The notes beneath the pieces were generated by a model. That model worked only from the letters and a program-made list of their open reading frames with translations. It ran no database searches and had not been told where the DNA came from. A program made the translations under genes and the position numbers. DNA of 63,280 bases from Welwitschia mirabilis (lineage: Eukaryota): assembly GCA_051453625.1 (NCBI GenBank), contig JBOZIK010000001.1:45360099-45423378 (forward strand), written 5' to 3'. Position 1 is the first letter of the stretch; each line of letters begins with the position of its first letter. This document shows, one piece after another, positions 1 to 11,529 of this stretch.

Positions 1-549
1 CCGACATGGACTTACTGGGTCTATGACTTGCTTATTATGATGCATTTGGTTCATTTGCATTATACGAATAGTGAACTCTAGTCTTCTTGTAGGAAAAGTA
101 ATCAGGTGAAATATAAATGATTAAGGTGCAAGCGAGGGGGAAATTAAGTGAGAAATTAAAGTAGTGACCTTAAGAGTCTATTAAGGCTTCTTTCTTTTCC
201 ACTCAACTTGCTAATCTTATTAACTTGTATTAATTTGTTATTTCTTTTATTGTATAAGAAGTGATTATGCCTCCATAATATAAAGTGTTTTGATAATCTA
301 TCTCATTTGTTTTGCAATTAATATAGTTATAACCTAAAAGAGGGAATTCCTCATTTTTCTTTAATAAATTTTACAAGTAATTTAACATCTATCCTTCATA
401 GGGAGCGGTCTAAACTTATTAGAGTGTGTACACATACCTAGAATTTGACAATAATGTTCTTGAAAGATAGAACTTTATAGTACTAGAACTCATGTAGTGT
501 ACCCACCTTAGCTGATAACCTCATGGGAAAACACTTGTTCAATGTGTAG

Positions 550-621
550 CACTGCCCAGGTTGTCACCCATTTGAGTAGTGCTCCACACTGAGCATGCTT
601 AACTCTCGAGTTATTAGGATC
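550..621 (-). mobile_element. 5S rRNA-derived segment (box A to box C), as carried in Cassandra-type TRIM LTRs; probably part of a degraded solo LTR (~514-723) in the WD40 intron
   Basis: Minus strand reads GATCCTAATAACTCGAGAGTTAAGCATGCTCAGTGTGGAGCACTACTCAAATGGGTGACAACCTGGGCAGTG. This is collinear with the plant 5S internal region (GATCCCATCAGAACTCCGCAGTTAAGCGTGCTTGGGCGAGAGTAGTACTAGGATGGGTGACCTCCTGGGAAGTC). The 5S termini are absent. Confidence 0.6.
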
Positions 622-892
622 TTTAGTCAAGCTCAGAGTGAGAATTTTTACAAGCTAGGGCATTCTTGTGTATTTGTTGTTGAACTAATCCCTCACACCA
701 CGCAGGATAATCTAGCTTTTCACATTCTTCTTGCAAGACCCAAGGGTAGGTCATGGAGTAGTATGGAATAACTCAAGAGTGATTGTGTGTAGCAGCACAA
801 CAATGGTGGACCTAGTTGCTTGGGATCGAAGGGGAGAAATTGGATGGAGGACTGTTCTGTGTTTGATGCATCTCTTGTTCTTGGAGAGCTAA

Positions 893-942
893 AATAATAA
901 TAATACTAATAATATAACAATATTATTAGTATTATTATTATT
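893..942. repeat. Perfect 23-bp inverted repeat with 4-nt loop, followed by a partial direct copy (to ~1012)
   Basis: AATAATAATAATACTAATAATAT (893-915), AACA loop, ATATTATTAGTATTATTATTATT (920-942). AATACTAATAATATAACAATATT and TATTGGTGTCCAT recur at ~981-1012. Confidence 0.85.
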
Positions 943-1839
943 GGTGTCCATCCAATACTAATAATAATAATACTAATAATAATACTAATAATATAACAAT
1001 ATTGGTGTCCATTTTTCTTATGATAACATTATATCAGTGTAATTTATTTCACTGTTTGTTAAGCATTAATAAACACAAAAATTATTGGGGATTACCTAAT
1101 CCCCTTTAGGAATTGGTCTTTGACCCTTAAAAATGATGGAGGACATCATTTTTGAAATAATGGTCTTTGACCCTTAAAAACAGCAAAGGCTACAGAATTA
1201 AAATTTCTAAGGACTTGGGAAGGGAACATGCTAAAAAGTCAAGGCATCAAGTAATATTCAAATTCATTAAAACACATTTCTTAATACGTGCCAATACCAG
1301 TACATCACGCTAGGACACCACTAACAACTGGAATATGGGCTATGCAAACATTACCACTATAACTACTTCAAAACCAATAATGTTGTGGTTCAAAAAAGTG
1401 ACTCTTTCCAATCATGTCGACAAAAAAGATCAAGAATAAGGGTCCCATGCATGAAGGTGTGGATTACAGTCAAAAAACAGTCACAAGCAAACTCATGGAA
1501 GAGAAAGGGAACAATTCAAAAACCTTATATATTCTACTAGAATAGCAAATACTAGAATAGCAAGCACTAAGGAATGTTTCTTTGGAAACAAGAAATTGAG
1601 GGAAAAAACACAAAACATATCATTCCTTTGTTCTTTGTTAGTTGGCTAATTTCATTTCCTTTTCTATCTGCAAAAAACATGTTTTCAATTGCACTGACTT
1701 AGTACTAGTGCCACCTGTTTCAACCAGTTGATCTGGTTTTAGAGCTTAATACCTTGGACATTCATCACATCTTTACCAGTTATAAAAAGACTCAATGTTT
1801 TGACTGTCTAATTCCTCATTTGAACATTTTTTGTTTCAG

Positions 1840-1919
1840 GCAATAAAATACAGTTGGAAAAACAAGTGATTGTTGGTAAAAAAAGGAAAAACTCTTCTGG
1901 GAAGATCACTGGTTTTCAA
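1840..1919 (+). CDS. Internal exon of WD40-repeat (WDR44-like) gene: NKIQLEKQVIVGKKRKNSSGKITGFQ
   Basis: Acceptor ttgtttcag at 1839, donor GTATGT at 1920. The KITGFQ motif joins in phase to FVPG in the next exon. Confidence 0.85.
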
Positions 1920-2020
1920 GTATGTTGTATAATGTAGATTTTTTCTAAAAGATGGCAAGACAATCTTACAAGGCATTATGCTGTATCGTCATAACTATGT
2001 GATTGTTTTTGCTCTTTCAG

Positions 2021-2748
2021 TTTGTGCCAGGAGATTCAAAGAAAGTGTTGATAACGTCAGCAGATTCACGTATCCGAATTGTTGAAGCTGANNNNNNNNN
2101 NNNNNNNNNNNNNNNNNNNNNNNNNNNNNNNNNNNNNNNNNNNNNNNNNNNNNNNNNNNNNNNNNNNNNNNNNNNNNNNNNNNNNNNNNNNNNNNNNNNN
2201 NNNNNNNNNNNNNNNNNNNNNNNNNNNNNNNNNNNNNNNNNNNNNNNNNNNNNNNNNNNNNNNNNNNNNNNNNNNNNNNNNNNNNNNNNNNNNNNNNNNN
2301 NNNNNNNNNNNNNNNNNNNNNNNNNNNNNNNNNNNNNNNNNNNNNNNNNNNNNNNNNNNNNNNNNNNNNNNNNNNNNNNNNNNNNNNNNNNNNNNNNNNN
2401 NNNNNNNNNNNNNNNNNNNNNNNNNNNNNNNNNNNNNNNNNNNNNNNNNNNNNNNNNNNNNNNNNNNNNNNNNNNNNNNNNNNNNNNNNNNNNNNNNNNN
2501 NNNNNNNNNNNNNNNNNNNNNNNNNNNNNNNNNNNNNNNNNNNNNNNNNNNNNNNNNNNNNNNNNNNNNNNNNNNNNNNNNNNNNNNNNNNNNNNNNNNN
2601 NNNNNNNNNNNNNNNNNNNNNNNNNNNNNNNNNNNNNNNNNNNNNNNNNNNNNNNNNNNNNNNNNNNNNNNNNNNNNNNNNNNNNNNNNNNNNNNNNNNN
2701 NNNNNNNNNNNNNNNNNGCTGATAAGGTTATTTGCAAATACAAAGGAG
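2021..2748 (+). CDS. Exon of WD40 gene: FVPGDSKKVLITSADSRIRIVEADKVICKYKG (N gap 2092-2717 probably artefactual)
   Basis: Acceptor ctttcag at 2020. VLITSADSRIRI is typical of plant WDR44-like proteins. GCTGA is present on both sides of the gap. Donor AG|GTCTTG at 2749. Confidence 0.8.
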
Positions 2749-3032
2749 GTCTTGTCTTTGTTCCTTTATGTTAAATTCCATATGTGAATGATGATTTTTT
2801 TTTTCTTTTTTGTGTTGTTCCTTCAATGTTAAACAGATAGTACTTACATATGACAGTAAAATGAAAACATCTGAAATGCTCCATTAAGAGATTGCACATT
2901 AAAAGATCAATTTAAATATTTTTGGTTTCTTCTTGTCATTGGTTTGCTATTGTTCAAGTTTTATTTCTTCAAATTCTCATGCAATATGTTTTGTCATTGC
3001 AGTTTATTGATCTTTGTCAGATTTGTTTGTAG

Positions 3033-3817
3033 GTTTTCAAAACAAATGCAGCCAAGTGTCTGCATTGTTTTGTCCAAATGGGAAGCATGTTGTTTGTGCA
3101 AGCGAAGATTCACGTGTATATATATGGAATTATGATACATCCTGCATACCTACAAAAAAACATGGAAAGATTACTTGTTTTTCAAATGAACATTTCCGAT
3201 CGAATGATGTATCAGTGGCAGTTCCTTGGTCTGGTATTACGTTTATGTTCTCTCACAGAGCAGCAGAAGATACATTGTCTTGCCAGACAAATAACGCAAA
3301 ACCTTTGGGTTTTAAGGGGACAGTTTTGGAGAATGGCTTTCTTTTGCAAACGAACAAGGGACATCAATCTGAAGGAGATTTGGAACATGCTAATCAAACA
3401 TCAGATATACATGATTCAGGTCCAGTTTTACAACATGTCAATCAGACATCAAATATGGATGACACTAAACTCTCCAAGGGGTTGAGTGGCCATCACAACA
3501 TTTATACACACTCATCGTTAGATCAATATCAGACCCTGTGTCAATCTTTACATCTTCCTGGTAATTCCAATAGTTTGAATCCTAATCATGCCTTCTTGTC
3601 CACTGCTACATGGCCTGAGGAGAAACTTCCATCCCCAAGCCTGGAATTGCCAAAGTTTCACACTTCTTATGAAATATTAACAGCTAACAATAGAAATCCT
3701 AATCACAACCGGTCCAAAGTTGCTGCAGCTTTTGCATGGGGAACAGTAATTGTGACTGCTGATCATAGTGGAGAGATCAGAACTTTTCAGAACAATGGTT
3801 TGCCCATTCGTCTTTGA
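3033..3817 (+). CDS. Terminal exon of WD40 (WDR44-like) gene
   Basis: Acceptor tttgtag at 3032. Encodes FQNKCSQVSALF..GKHVVCASEDSRVYIWN, VSVAVPW, SATWPEEKLP-like and AWGTVIVTADHSGEIRTFQNNGLPIRL*, the conserved C-terminus of this plant family. Confidence 0.92.
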
Positions 3818-4673
3818 TAATGTTCGTGGTTATTGTGGTAAATATAAGGTCATGCTGAGTCTATTTCTAAGTTTGCAGGAAGAATGTAAACTGACAGATG
3901 ATGTGTAGGATACCAGGGTCCATGATTTCTACATGTTGTCTCCCTTGCCCATTTTAATGCAAGAAGACAATATGTGTGTCATACACAGTGCACCATAAAG
4001 AAGTATTGCCATGCTATATCACATGATCCTTAAATTGCTAGTACGTGATTGTGTATATGATCTACTATTGTCTCCTTCAAATGAAGTGGCAAAAGCATAT
4101 TTTACTATTAATTTTCGCATACCTCTCCTATTCTTTACCATTACATGATCCAACCAACTAGCAGCACTTGCTGGTGTTTAAGACAACCGTTTAGTACATG
4201 ATGTTGTGAGTGAAAAGCAAAAAAGCAAGATTCCGTTCAAGAACTGGCGGGTTCATATTTCTGAAACTAAAGTGAAAAATTGTGAGGGGAGGATGCCACA
4301 TTAACCAGTGTAGCATAACTCTCCGATTCACTCTCTTTGACGCAGCACCCCTGACTCAAAGTGAAATTTTTTTCCCAATTTAAAAAAAATTGATTATGGT
4401 TAGTGACTCGGTACTCAAGCAAGTCAAAAACTTTTGACTCTTTGCACATGATAAAAAGTCAAACTTTTATATTTTTAAATTTTTCCCTACAAAGCAAATA
4501 ACACAATTTATGAAAGAATAAATATATGATTATGAATTAGATTTTTTAACACTTTCTTTCACATGTTATATTGTGAAACCAACTTTATCTGTTTTGTAAT
4601 GTTACATTTCATTGTTAATACTCATTATTTAAAGACTTACTCCAGCGAAATGTGATTTTTAAATGACGTGACC

Positions 4674-4786
4674 TTAGTATTTAGCATAGTCTTTTAAAGG
4701 TGTTGTGGGGGTTAAATATTACTTGTAATTAGTATTTACCATAGTCTTTTAAAGGTGTTGTGGGGGTTAAATATTACTTGTAATTA
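4674..4786. repeat. Tandem duplication, 55-bp unit x2
   Basis: TTAGTATTTA(G/C)CATAGTCTTTTAAAGGTGTTGTGGGGGTTAAATATTACTTGTAA at 4674 and 4729, one mismatch. Confidence 0.95.
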
Positions 4787-5614
4787 TAGAGAATACTTTT
4801 GTGTTCTAGAAAGTTCTACTCTATATCTATTTAATCTCCTTTTGAGGTTGTGTTTGGGTATCAAATTGTCTTGCACAACATTTGGATTGAGGAGTAGTTC
4901 CTACTAGGAAGTTGAGAGCTGAAGTTTGGAGCCCCACTTGACTTGTTTGTAAGCTTTTCTTTCTAATAAATGTTCCACACTATTTTCTAATGGATGTTTT
5001 TGTGAACATTTAAGGGTTTTATCTTGTATATATCTCTCTATCTTTTCTATTTGCATTTGTCTTTTACTTATCATATCTTAGCATCACATTACATACACTA
5101 GTTTGCCTTGGTGTCTTTTTGCACATTTGAAATGATTCTATGAGTTGAATAAAAAAACCAATTAAAAAAAGGTCGTATTACACTCAGTTTTCTATATTGT
5201 TCATCTGTAATGGTATCTAATGGTCATTTGAGTTCATTTTTTCATTCTTGGAATGTTTTATAGTATTATATACACTTAAGAACATAGTATATTCATAAGA
5301 CATTAATATTATGTTGCTTTTTCATATTTATTATTTGACTCTTTTTGAATCTTGTGTAAAAGAGTCAGAATCATGTGAATGAAAAAATTAATGAGTCATG
5401 CTTGATAGTATTTGGATTCTTAAGATTTTTGAAGTAAGATCTTTGTAAGCAGGCATAAAAAGAAATGGTAGGTGGCCTAGAACTTCTGTTGGAAAGTCTT
5501 TGTTTGAATGTGTTAAGGAACAATAAAAACTTATTGAAATTGCCATCAAAGTTATAGAAGCTCCATATGATTTCATGTGTCTATCTCATATTCAATATTC
5601 AAATTTTGGAGTCC

Positions 5615-5770
5615 ACATGCCTATTTATCATGGTTTAGCCATGGTATTTGGAATAACCAACTATTCCACCCCTATGCGATGATAGTCTATAAAGCGTAAA
5701 CTGCATAGGAAGCTACCTTGAAGGCAATATTCAGTCTCTTTTCCTTAGAAGATGAATCCAAGGAAAGTGC
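5615..5770 (+). pseudogene. Possible ancient Ty3/gypsy gag relic
   Basis: Fragments PIYHGL and FSLEDESK resemble Athila gag LPxFHGL and FSLxDxAK. Very degraded. Confidence 0.3.
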
Positions 5771-6994
5771 AATTTTCCTTAATATATTCATGATATGATA
5801 AATTTATTATAACCTAAAAGCTTAAGAGTAAGTTAAAAACAAAAACATTTCCAAGTACCATTAGAAGAGAAAGATAGGTTTACACTGGATAAACTATCTT
5901 GAATAATTTCCTTGTTTGTAGGCATTAAGCTTGTAGAATTAGAATCATAATAATGATTAGCATAAATAAATTTTGAGTGTCATTTGGGGATGTCCTTTCT
6001 TAGCTTTGTATTTTGGCCACATAAGTGCAAGAAAATTAATCTAGATGTGGCACATTACTTAAAAGGAAATACAATCAGGGAGTCTATTAAAAGCACTTTT
6101 CCTTCTAGAACAAAATGGAGTAACCATTTTCCATACTTTTAGCTAAATCATTTTGTAACCTTTCCCATAAAATCTTTTATAGCTAATTTTTTCTACCAAT
6201 GATAGAGTCTCTCTCAATAAGTTCAAGAAACTATTCATATTTTCAAAAACTTGATCTATTAACCTATTATATTAAATGATTTTAATATTCTCTAATTGAA
6301 ATGTTCTTAAATCAAAGAAGTAGTTATGAATCACAAAAGTGCTCATGAGGGCCAACATAAGATCACATTAGATGAATAGAAACATGTGAAAGTCATAGTT
6401 TTATAAGTTCAAAAGTAAGCACTTGGTGCATTAATAACTTCAAAATACAAAATAGTCTAGTGATCTTTTATATAAGATACCACATATCATCTAATAATCT
6501 ACTAAAATTCATTGACATCAACTTGCTAAGCTACGAGAACTTTACAGATAAGTAACTGGCATATTGATAAACTTCTTTGACTAAAATGCATTGTCTCAGA
6601 TAGGTCTTAAAGAGTTCTTGATGGGTTAGAGTTAAATACATTATTAGTGAATAAGGGAAAATTTTGATGCATATTATTGAGAGAAAACCCATCATATCTG
6701 TTATGCTTCCTTCATATTCACCGATTTCAAGAAAGTCTCAGACTTGCCTACCTGCTTGCCTCTTCTGGCACACAATGTTTTGAAGGATAATTGAACAAAT
6801 ATTAAATTATTAGGAATAATCATTATAAGATATGAAAGGGATAATTTCTTTCCTTTCTTTGAGATTACTACTTATCTCATTGATTTAGTGCAAATGTTAC
6901 CTTTCTTTAATTTTGGAGATTATCAGATTCTTCTATGCAAGCTTTGATACAAAGGAAAGCTCTTCTTTGCTGCCATTTAACTTGATGTTGGAAT

Positions 6995-7017
6995 TATATA
7001 TATATATATACATATAT
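6995..7017. repeat. (TA)n microsatellite
   Basis: tatatatatatatatacatatat. Confidence 0.85.
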
Positions 7018-8489
7018 AAATCTTTTGAATTTTTGGGACTCCATCTGAGATGTTAAGAAGGTGATGATTTGAATTAGATGGATTCTTACATGGAATTTAG
7101 ATTTACCATACCATATATTCCAAGTAACGAAAGAAATAAAAGTTTCATAAAAGCTTTTAGCTTTGTTTTTAAGAGATTTCTTTGTTTTGTTAGCCATCAA
7201 CTATTCAAGTCTTGCTTGTGATTCATATATGACATGTTGAACCTTGTGTTAATTGCACCTTGTATAGATGGGTTGAAATATGAACCAACCTCCCTACTAT
7301 AAGATTTACACATAAGACATTAGAGCTTACAACTTATAAACTTGAATTAAATCAACTACTTTATGTGTTGGTTCACAAGAAAATTAAGGATTATATTTAT
7401 GTTTAAACTTTAATATAATAAGCTATAGGAAGTTACATTAGTGTAGAATTTATAAATTTTTGTTTTTAAGTAAAAATTTTTAATGAGTACCACAAGCCTA
7501 TATTGTGTTATAGACCTAGAATCTCAATTTCACTTAACAAATGAATTTCTAAATTATCAACATCATGAAGTTTTATAATGAACAAGGAGCTAGAAATTGC
7601 ACTTGTTATTAGATATTAGTTATATTTTATAAATGTTTAATTGTTAGACTCTTTAATTTTGATAACCTATTCTCTAGAACCAAGGAACTTGTTAGAGCTT
7701 GATTTTGAGTTGTGAAAGTGGACTTGAGAAATAAAGCTTGATAAATGAGGAGTTAATGATTATAAAAAAGATACTAATTAAAAAAACAGAATAACACTTG
7801 CTGGATTAAAAAGAATTTTCTAATGCTTAACTCATAAAATAGTTGGTACAATTGCATAAATTGTGAGCTTCAATGTCTTTTGTTGGAGTCATACAATATG
7901 TAGCTTGACTTATGGTTTTATCCATGTATTCAACTTGTACTAATGCATAGGATTTAATATTTTGAGTATGAAACATAAATGGGACCTAAATGTTTGGTGT
8001 CTAACTCCAAGGAGGGAGGTACCACCCATTTGTCTTTATGTAACCACATAAACTATTGACTATATTAAGTGTAGAACAATTTCTCATGAAATAACTTTGG
8101 AAACTTTTCTCTAAAAATGTAGTCAAAAGGCTACTCACAAAGTTCTTGATTAGTTATTTCATAATTGTATTATGAAAACATATTAATTCCTTTGTTTTTT
8201 ATCTTATTTTATTTTAAAATTGGTATGCTAATATTGAAAACTATAAAATTGTGATTGAATTCTTTACAGATGCCATAATCCTAACAAAATTGGATTTCAT
8301 CTGATTATGTATCTTAGACAAATGTCATATTAAGCTATATTACATGCTAAAATTTGGCTTCCCCTAAAGAAATTAATTCATCAGAGATCATGCCATACTT
8401 ACATTACATTACACAATAAATTCTAAGAACAAGAAGAAAAATATGAATAAATCAATTAAACAATTCAAGCCTTTTGGTTGCCTCATTAT

Positions 8490-9320
8490 GTTGTTGTGTA
8501 GATTTTTTTATAAGGTGATTTTATAAGAAGACGCCAAGCTAAAAATAGAATTATTATTATATAAGAAATTTAGGTTCATTGATCTTAGATTAAAAATAAA
8601 TTTGAAATTTATGATAGTACTACACTTAAACATTGATAACAAAAGGAAAAATATTTAAAGAGAAATTAAAGAAAATTATTAGAAAATAATTTATATAATA
8701 ATATTTTAAAAAAGATAAAAAGAAGTTGATCGTAAAGAAATGCATAAATAATCTTTCATTGTAAAGTCTTCTTTATTAGAGGTTATACATATAGTTCAAC
8801 TATGTTAAACAATGTTTGTAAGATGACTATGTAGAAAGAACTAAAGAAAAATTAAAATTATTATGTGAAAAGACTAGGTTGGTTACTCTTGAATTAAAAA
8901 AATTTTTAAATATTATTATAGTACTATAATTAGATATTAATAACAAAAGGAAAGATCCTAAAAAGAAGAATAAACAATTCTCTTAAAATCATTCATATAT
9001 TAATATCTTCAAAAAGAAAGAAACTTTTTTTTAAAGAAACACATAAATAATATTCCTTCATAAAATCTACTTTTTAAAACATTACCTATATATATGTATA
9101 TATTCTAAGTTTGTTGCATAATTTGTTTCTCAGATGATTTTATAGTAAAAAGCAATAAAAATTAAAAATATTAAGTGGAAAATTTAAGTTAATTAACCTT
9201 CAATTATAATTAAACTTAAAATATAGTCTAGTGTTAATTATTAATAACATAAAAGAAAATGTTAAAAGAATTTTTTTCTTTAAAAAATTCATATAATAAT
9301 AAAATTAAAACTAAAAATTT
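8490..9320. repeat. Degenerate AT-rich tandem repeat, ~305-bp unit, ~2.7 copies
   Basis: A block like TAGTACTA..ATT(G/A)ATAACAAAAGGAAA recurs near 8615, 8920 and 9220. GATGA(C/T)T..ATAG recurs near 8515, 8822 and 9134. Confidence 0.55.
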
Positions 9321-9789
9321 TCTTATTACATCCATAGGATCTTGAAAATCTATTAGACAAAAGAGAGATACATGGCATGAATTTGAAAGATATCATTTTT
9401 AAAATTACTTTAAGTATTGGATAGAACTTGAAATACTGTGATCAAATTATTGGACTTAGTGTTCTCTCTATTTTGTATATTACCAATTGAAAGACATTTA
9501 AGAAAGATAAAATATTCATCTTTAACAATGTTTTAGTAACAAAGTCGACATGTCCATTCTTATTAAGAAACTTAAGACCATCTATTTATTTCAATTCTAA
9601 AGTAATGAGATCCCATCCTTCTAAATCTATAGAGTGCATAATAACTATGAACACATAATTCCTCTTATGTTAAAGGGAAATAGTAGCACTTAAATAAGTT
9701 GTATTTGCCTAAATGGCTTTTATAATTAATGTAAAGTATAGTAAGAAATAAGATAGAGCTATGAAAATAGTGAGAAAATAGGTAGCAGA

Positions 9790-10535
9790 AGGATGATCTT
9801 ATAGCAAGGAAGAGGAAAAAAACATTTCTTGTATTTCTAAATGTATGATTTCCAACTTTTGATTGTTGGTTTATGATACATTAAATGTGTATTTATATTA
9901 AACCCTATATTTAGAAAAGAATTTAAAAATAAAGAGGACTTTTTTTTGATAGAATTAGTAGATGCAAGATATAAATTAAAGAAATAAAACTTTTTCCTCG
10001 TATTTTCTTTTGTCCTTTTATTATCCTTTAGAAGTTCTCGTTCTCTTTGAAATTCTAGTTTAAGATTCTTCATTTAACTCCAATTTTTTGTTTTTCCTTG
10101 CATCATTCCCTTTAAGTGAAAAACATTCTTATATACTTAAGAAGTCGATGAGGTTTCAATTTATTTATTTTTTGGTTAAGGCATTTCACATCCAAATTAG
10201 ATGCATATTTTGGCTTAATTAGGTATTCTTTATATTGCTAGTATCTTGTTTTCTTTTTCCTTAATATTTAATACTTCCCATGGCTTAGTTTTATCCTCTA
10301 ATGCTACATCTTTTTATTGGTTGTTGTTATCCTAAAAATTTATTGAATCCTTCACATGAAAAGTGGTTGACATTTTTAAGTGTATAGACAAATCAATCAC
10401 ATATACATTATCAAAATTTTTTCTTCATTTGGAATGATCCAACTTTTTTGTATCATAATTTTTGCTAGTTCTTTCCTTGTACTCTTTTTCTTATATGTGC
10501 CATGAGAAGAACATAAACTTGAAAATAGGTTTGCT
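9790..10535 (-). mobile_element. Chromovirus (CRM-like) Ty3/gypsy relic: integrase C-terminus (GPF), chromodomain-like tail, PPT and probable 3' LTR
   Basis: Minus-strand fragments MAHIRK, KKVGSFQ, NVYVIDLSIHLKMSTTFHVKD and KTRY.QYKEYLIK. PPT/LTR junction AGGGAA|TGATG at 10111-10101. The left boundary is uncertain. Confidence 0.55.
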
Positions 10536-10862
10536 ATATTTTTTTTCTTGGTGAAAAAGTATATATATTAGACTAGAAAATGTACATCAAGGGGGAAAAC
10601 GCCCAGGAATAAGAGGATGATTAACTATTCAAGAAAAGGGATAGTTCGTTAACTAGTGAAGGGGAAACTAAGAAATAGAACAAAATGGTGGTGAAACTGC
10701 CTCTCTAGTGATATAGTCACAGGGAACTACCTATCTAGAAGAGTAAAAGCATAGAAAAATAAAAACATAGTGCTACTGATAGACTAGAGGTGAAAATGCC
10801 CCTTGAGACCATAAGTTACAAAAAACTTAACTTTGGTAAGGAACAAACCTGAGAGGGGTGGT

Positions 10863-11090
10863 TTAAAGCTCTCTATAGGATGGGAACATGTTACCATGAT
10901 TATAGTCGAGAAGGAATCTACCCAAATCATTAGAAGAAATCTCAAACACTTGATTTATCTCCTTAAATTCTTTGACACCTACTGGATTTTTATTTGGATG
11001 TAATATTAGGGATTTCTTCCTATAGCTTGATTTAATGGCTTGAGGGAGGGCTTTATGAGAGGGTTCTAATGTCATAAAAGGGACTTCAAC
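10863..11090 (-). pseudogene. DnaJ J-domain at the 3' end of the LINE coding region
   Basis: PFMTLEPSHKALPQAIKSSYRKKSLILHPNKNPVGVKEFKEINQVFEISSNDLGRFLLD fits the J-domain consensus (IKxAYRKxALxxHPDKNP..FKEINxAYExLSDxxxR..YD). HPD reads HPN here. Confidence 0.8.
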
Positions 11091-11529
11091 CCTTGGACGG
11101 TTGCTAGTAGAACCTCTTGTCAAGCAGCATTCATGTTAATGTCCTCCGGGGGTTGAGGCTAAATTTGGATTGAGGAAGAATCTAAAGTAGAGTTTTGTGC
11201 AGAGCTGGGGCCCGATGCTAGAGTAGAGGAGGTCTAAGCATTCCTACCTCACTCTTGAGAGTTGGATAACGGTTGATCCTGAGTTGGTTCCTAGGATGTG
11301 CTAGGGTTAGGTTCCTAAGCTATCTTCTATTGGGCCAAGGGAAAAGATATATCTTCTGAATGACCTGGGGACGAAGTCGTCCCTCTCTGGTTAGGGCTAC
11401 AATGCGTAGTGGTTTTCTCTAGAGTAGGTATCCTTTTAAGTGAAGTTCTTCTTTTGGAGGTTCTCCTAAGAGGGGTCTGATGTGGGCAACAACAGGGGAG
11501 GGAGGGGAGGGACTCTCTTGCCCTAATTT

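Noticed and set aside
550-621. Functional 5S rRNA gene
   Set aside because: Only the internal ~70 nt are present, with many mismatches and no termini or terminator.
1115-1563. Short duplications (GGTCTTTGACCCTTAAAAA x2; TACTAGAATAGCAA x2)
   Set aside because: Ordinary intronic micro-duplications with no supporting structure.
2003-2774. Long ORFs spanning N runs (also at 13114-13791, 26705-27877, 40998-41523 and 53034-53376)
   Set aside because: Artefacts of translating Ns; only the flanks are informative.
3078-3485. 135-aa alternate-frame ORF and antisense ORF 3212-3397
   Set aside because: Shadows of the WD40 terminal exon with no recognisable motifs.
10863-11123. Independent host DnaJ gene
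   Set aside because: No splice structure or own ATG context, HPD is mutated, and it is embedded between the LINE ORF2 and the LINE poly-A.
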